Positions 24,149 to 24,856 of a stretch of DNA of 24,856 nucleotides are shown piece after piece; the stretch's first letter is position 1, and every line of letters begins with the position of its first letter. The translations under genes were made by a program, and so were the position numbers. The stretch is from an uncultured Bdellovibrionales bacterium (GTDB taxonomy: Bacteria > Pseudomonadota > Alphaproteobacteria > Micavibrionales > SZUA-601). Where the stretch lies: the NCBI GenBank assembly GCA_964426595.1, contig CAYRRF010000001.1, positions 16,553 to 41,408 on the forward strand. The letters run 5' to 3'. The notes below the pieces were generated by a model. The model was not told the DNA's origin and ran no database searches. It was given only the letters and a program-made list of their open reading frames with translations.

Positions 24149-24832
24149 GTGAGTAAAAAAGGCAAACGACGATTCCGAAAGCCCAGCCTTCGAACGCGCG
24201 CCGCGATCTATGCGTTGTTTACGGCCTCGGCCGTTTTGTGCGCTGTCAGCTATAAGCAATGGCAAGATGGTCAGCGGCGTTATTGGGAACAAATGCAACA
24301 CGTCGAGGCGATGAAACTGAACAAGTCGCTGTCCGGCAATTATCTGGCGGCGCGTTTTGCGGTGGCAGTGGATGATCTGCGTTCGGCCTCTCATTACTAT
24401 GATCGTTCACTGGAATACACGAAAGACAAGGATTTTATTATCCAGCGCGCTTTGCCTGCGGCTATTGGAGCAGGGGATATTAAAGAAGCGTTGCGTTTAT
24501 CACAAGGCATGGATTTAAAGCAGCCCAGCTTGAACGCGCAACTGGGTGTGATGGTGCAATTGATTGATGCGTTTAAACGTTCGGATGCTGCCAAGGTAGC
24601 TGAACTTTTGCCCCTCATGCGTGAAGAGGGTTTCGGACGCTTGTTGTCGCCTTTGATCATGACGTGGTCCGAGGCATTGAAACAAAAGCCTGCCGAAGCT
24701 GTGGCGCGTCTGGATCAGATGGAAAAAGAATATCCGACCGTCAAACCCTTGATAAATGCGCAAAAAGCAGTGGTTTATGAAGTTCAAAAGAAAAACGATC
24801 TAGCGGAAAAATATTTTCTCAAGATAATTTAG
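24149..24832 (+). CDS. Membrane-anchored TPR-like protein, probably only the N-terminal part
   Basis: GGAG SD and GTG start; basic N-terminus plus a hydrophobic segment; SLSGNYLAARFA...D...A..YY..L motif and helical repeats resembling alphaproteobacterial TPR proteins. Stops at TAG 24830-24832, 24 nt from the window end. Confidence 0.65.
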   Translation: MSKKGKRRFRKPSLRTRAAIYALFTASAVLCAVSYKQWQDGQRRYWEQMQHVEAMKLNKSLSGNYLAARFAVAVDDLRSASHYYDRSLEYTKDKDFIIQRALPAAIGAGDIKEALRLSQGMDLKQPSLNAQLGVMVQLIDAFKRSDAAKVAELLPLMREEGFGRLLSPLIMTWSEALKQKPAEAVARLDQMEKEYPTVKPLINAQKAVVYEVQKKNDLAEKYFLKII

Positions 24833-24856
24833 AAAAGGATTTTGTCATCCTAACTT

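Noticed and set aside
1-24856. CRISPR arrays, IS elements, prophage genes, tRNA or rRNA
   Set aside because: I saw no spaced repeats, transposase or integrase motifs, or cloverleaf patterns, and almost all of the sequence is accounted for by CDSs.

Overview
A housekeeping and flagellar region of an alphaproteobacterium with Caulobacter/Rhodospirillales-type flagellar regulation (FliX, FlaF, sigma54 promoters, CtrA-like boxes). Gene order: partial HD-domain nucleotidase (missing from the ORF track) <- lpdA <- sucB | two low-GC orphan ORFs -> <- gpmI <- FlbY/FlgN-like <- rod-binding flgJ <- flgI | fliX -> dksA -> <- flgH <- flgA <- flgG <- 47-aa sORF <- flgF | XRE -> metK -> trmB -> <- flaF <- flgE <- flgD <- fliK <- ftsX <- ftsE | alaS -> TPR-like gene. 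I found no mobile element, CRISPR array, rRNA or tRNA. The main non-routine observations are four. (1) fliK is frameshifted inside its C-terminal switch domain, and the missing 61-aa tail is intact in the -1 frame. (2) An unannotated Lys-rich 47-codon ORF sits between flgF and flgG, coupled on both sides by TAAGGAG stop/SD overlaps. (3) FlgE carries a ~235-aa insertion containing a duplicated domain. (4) A ~41% GC two-ORF islet with a near-consensus sigma70 promoter sits where sucA is expected. All assignments come from reading motifs by hand; no database search was run.
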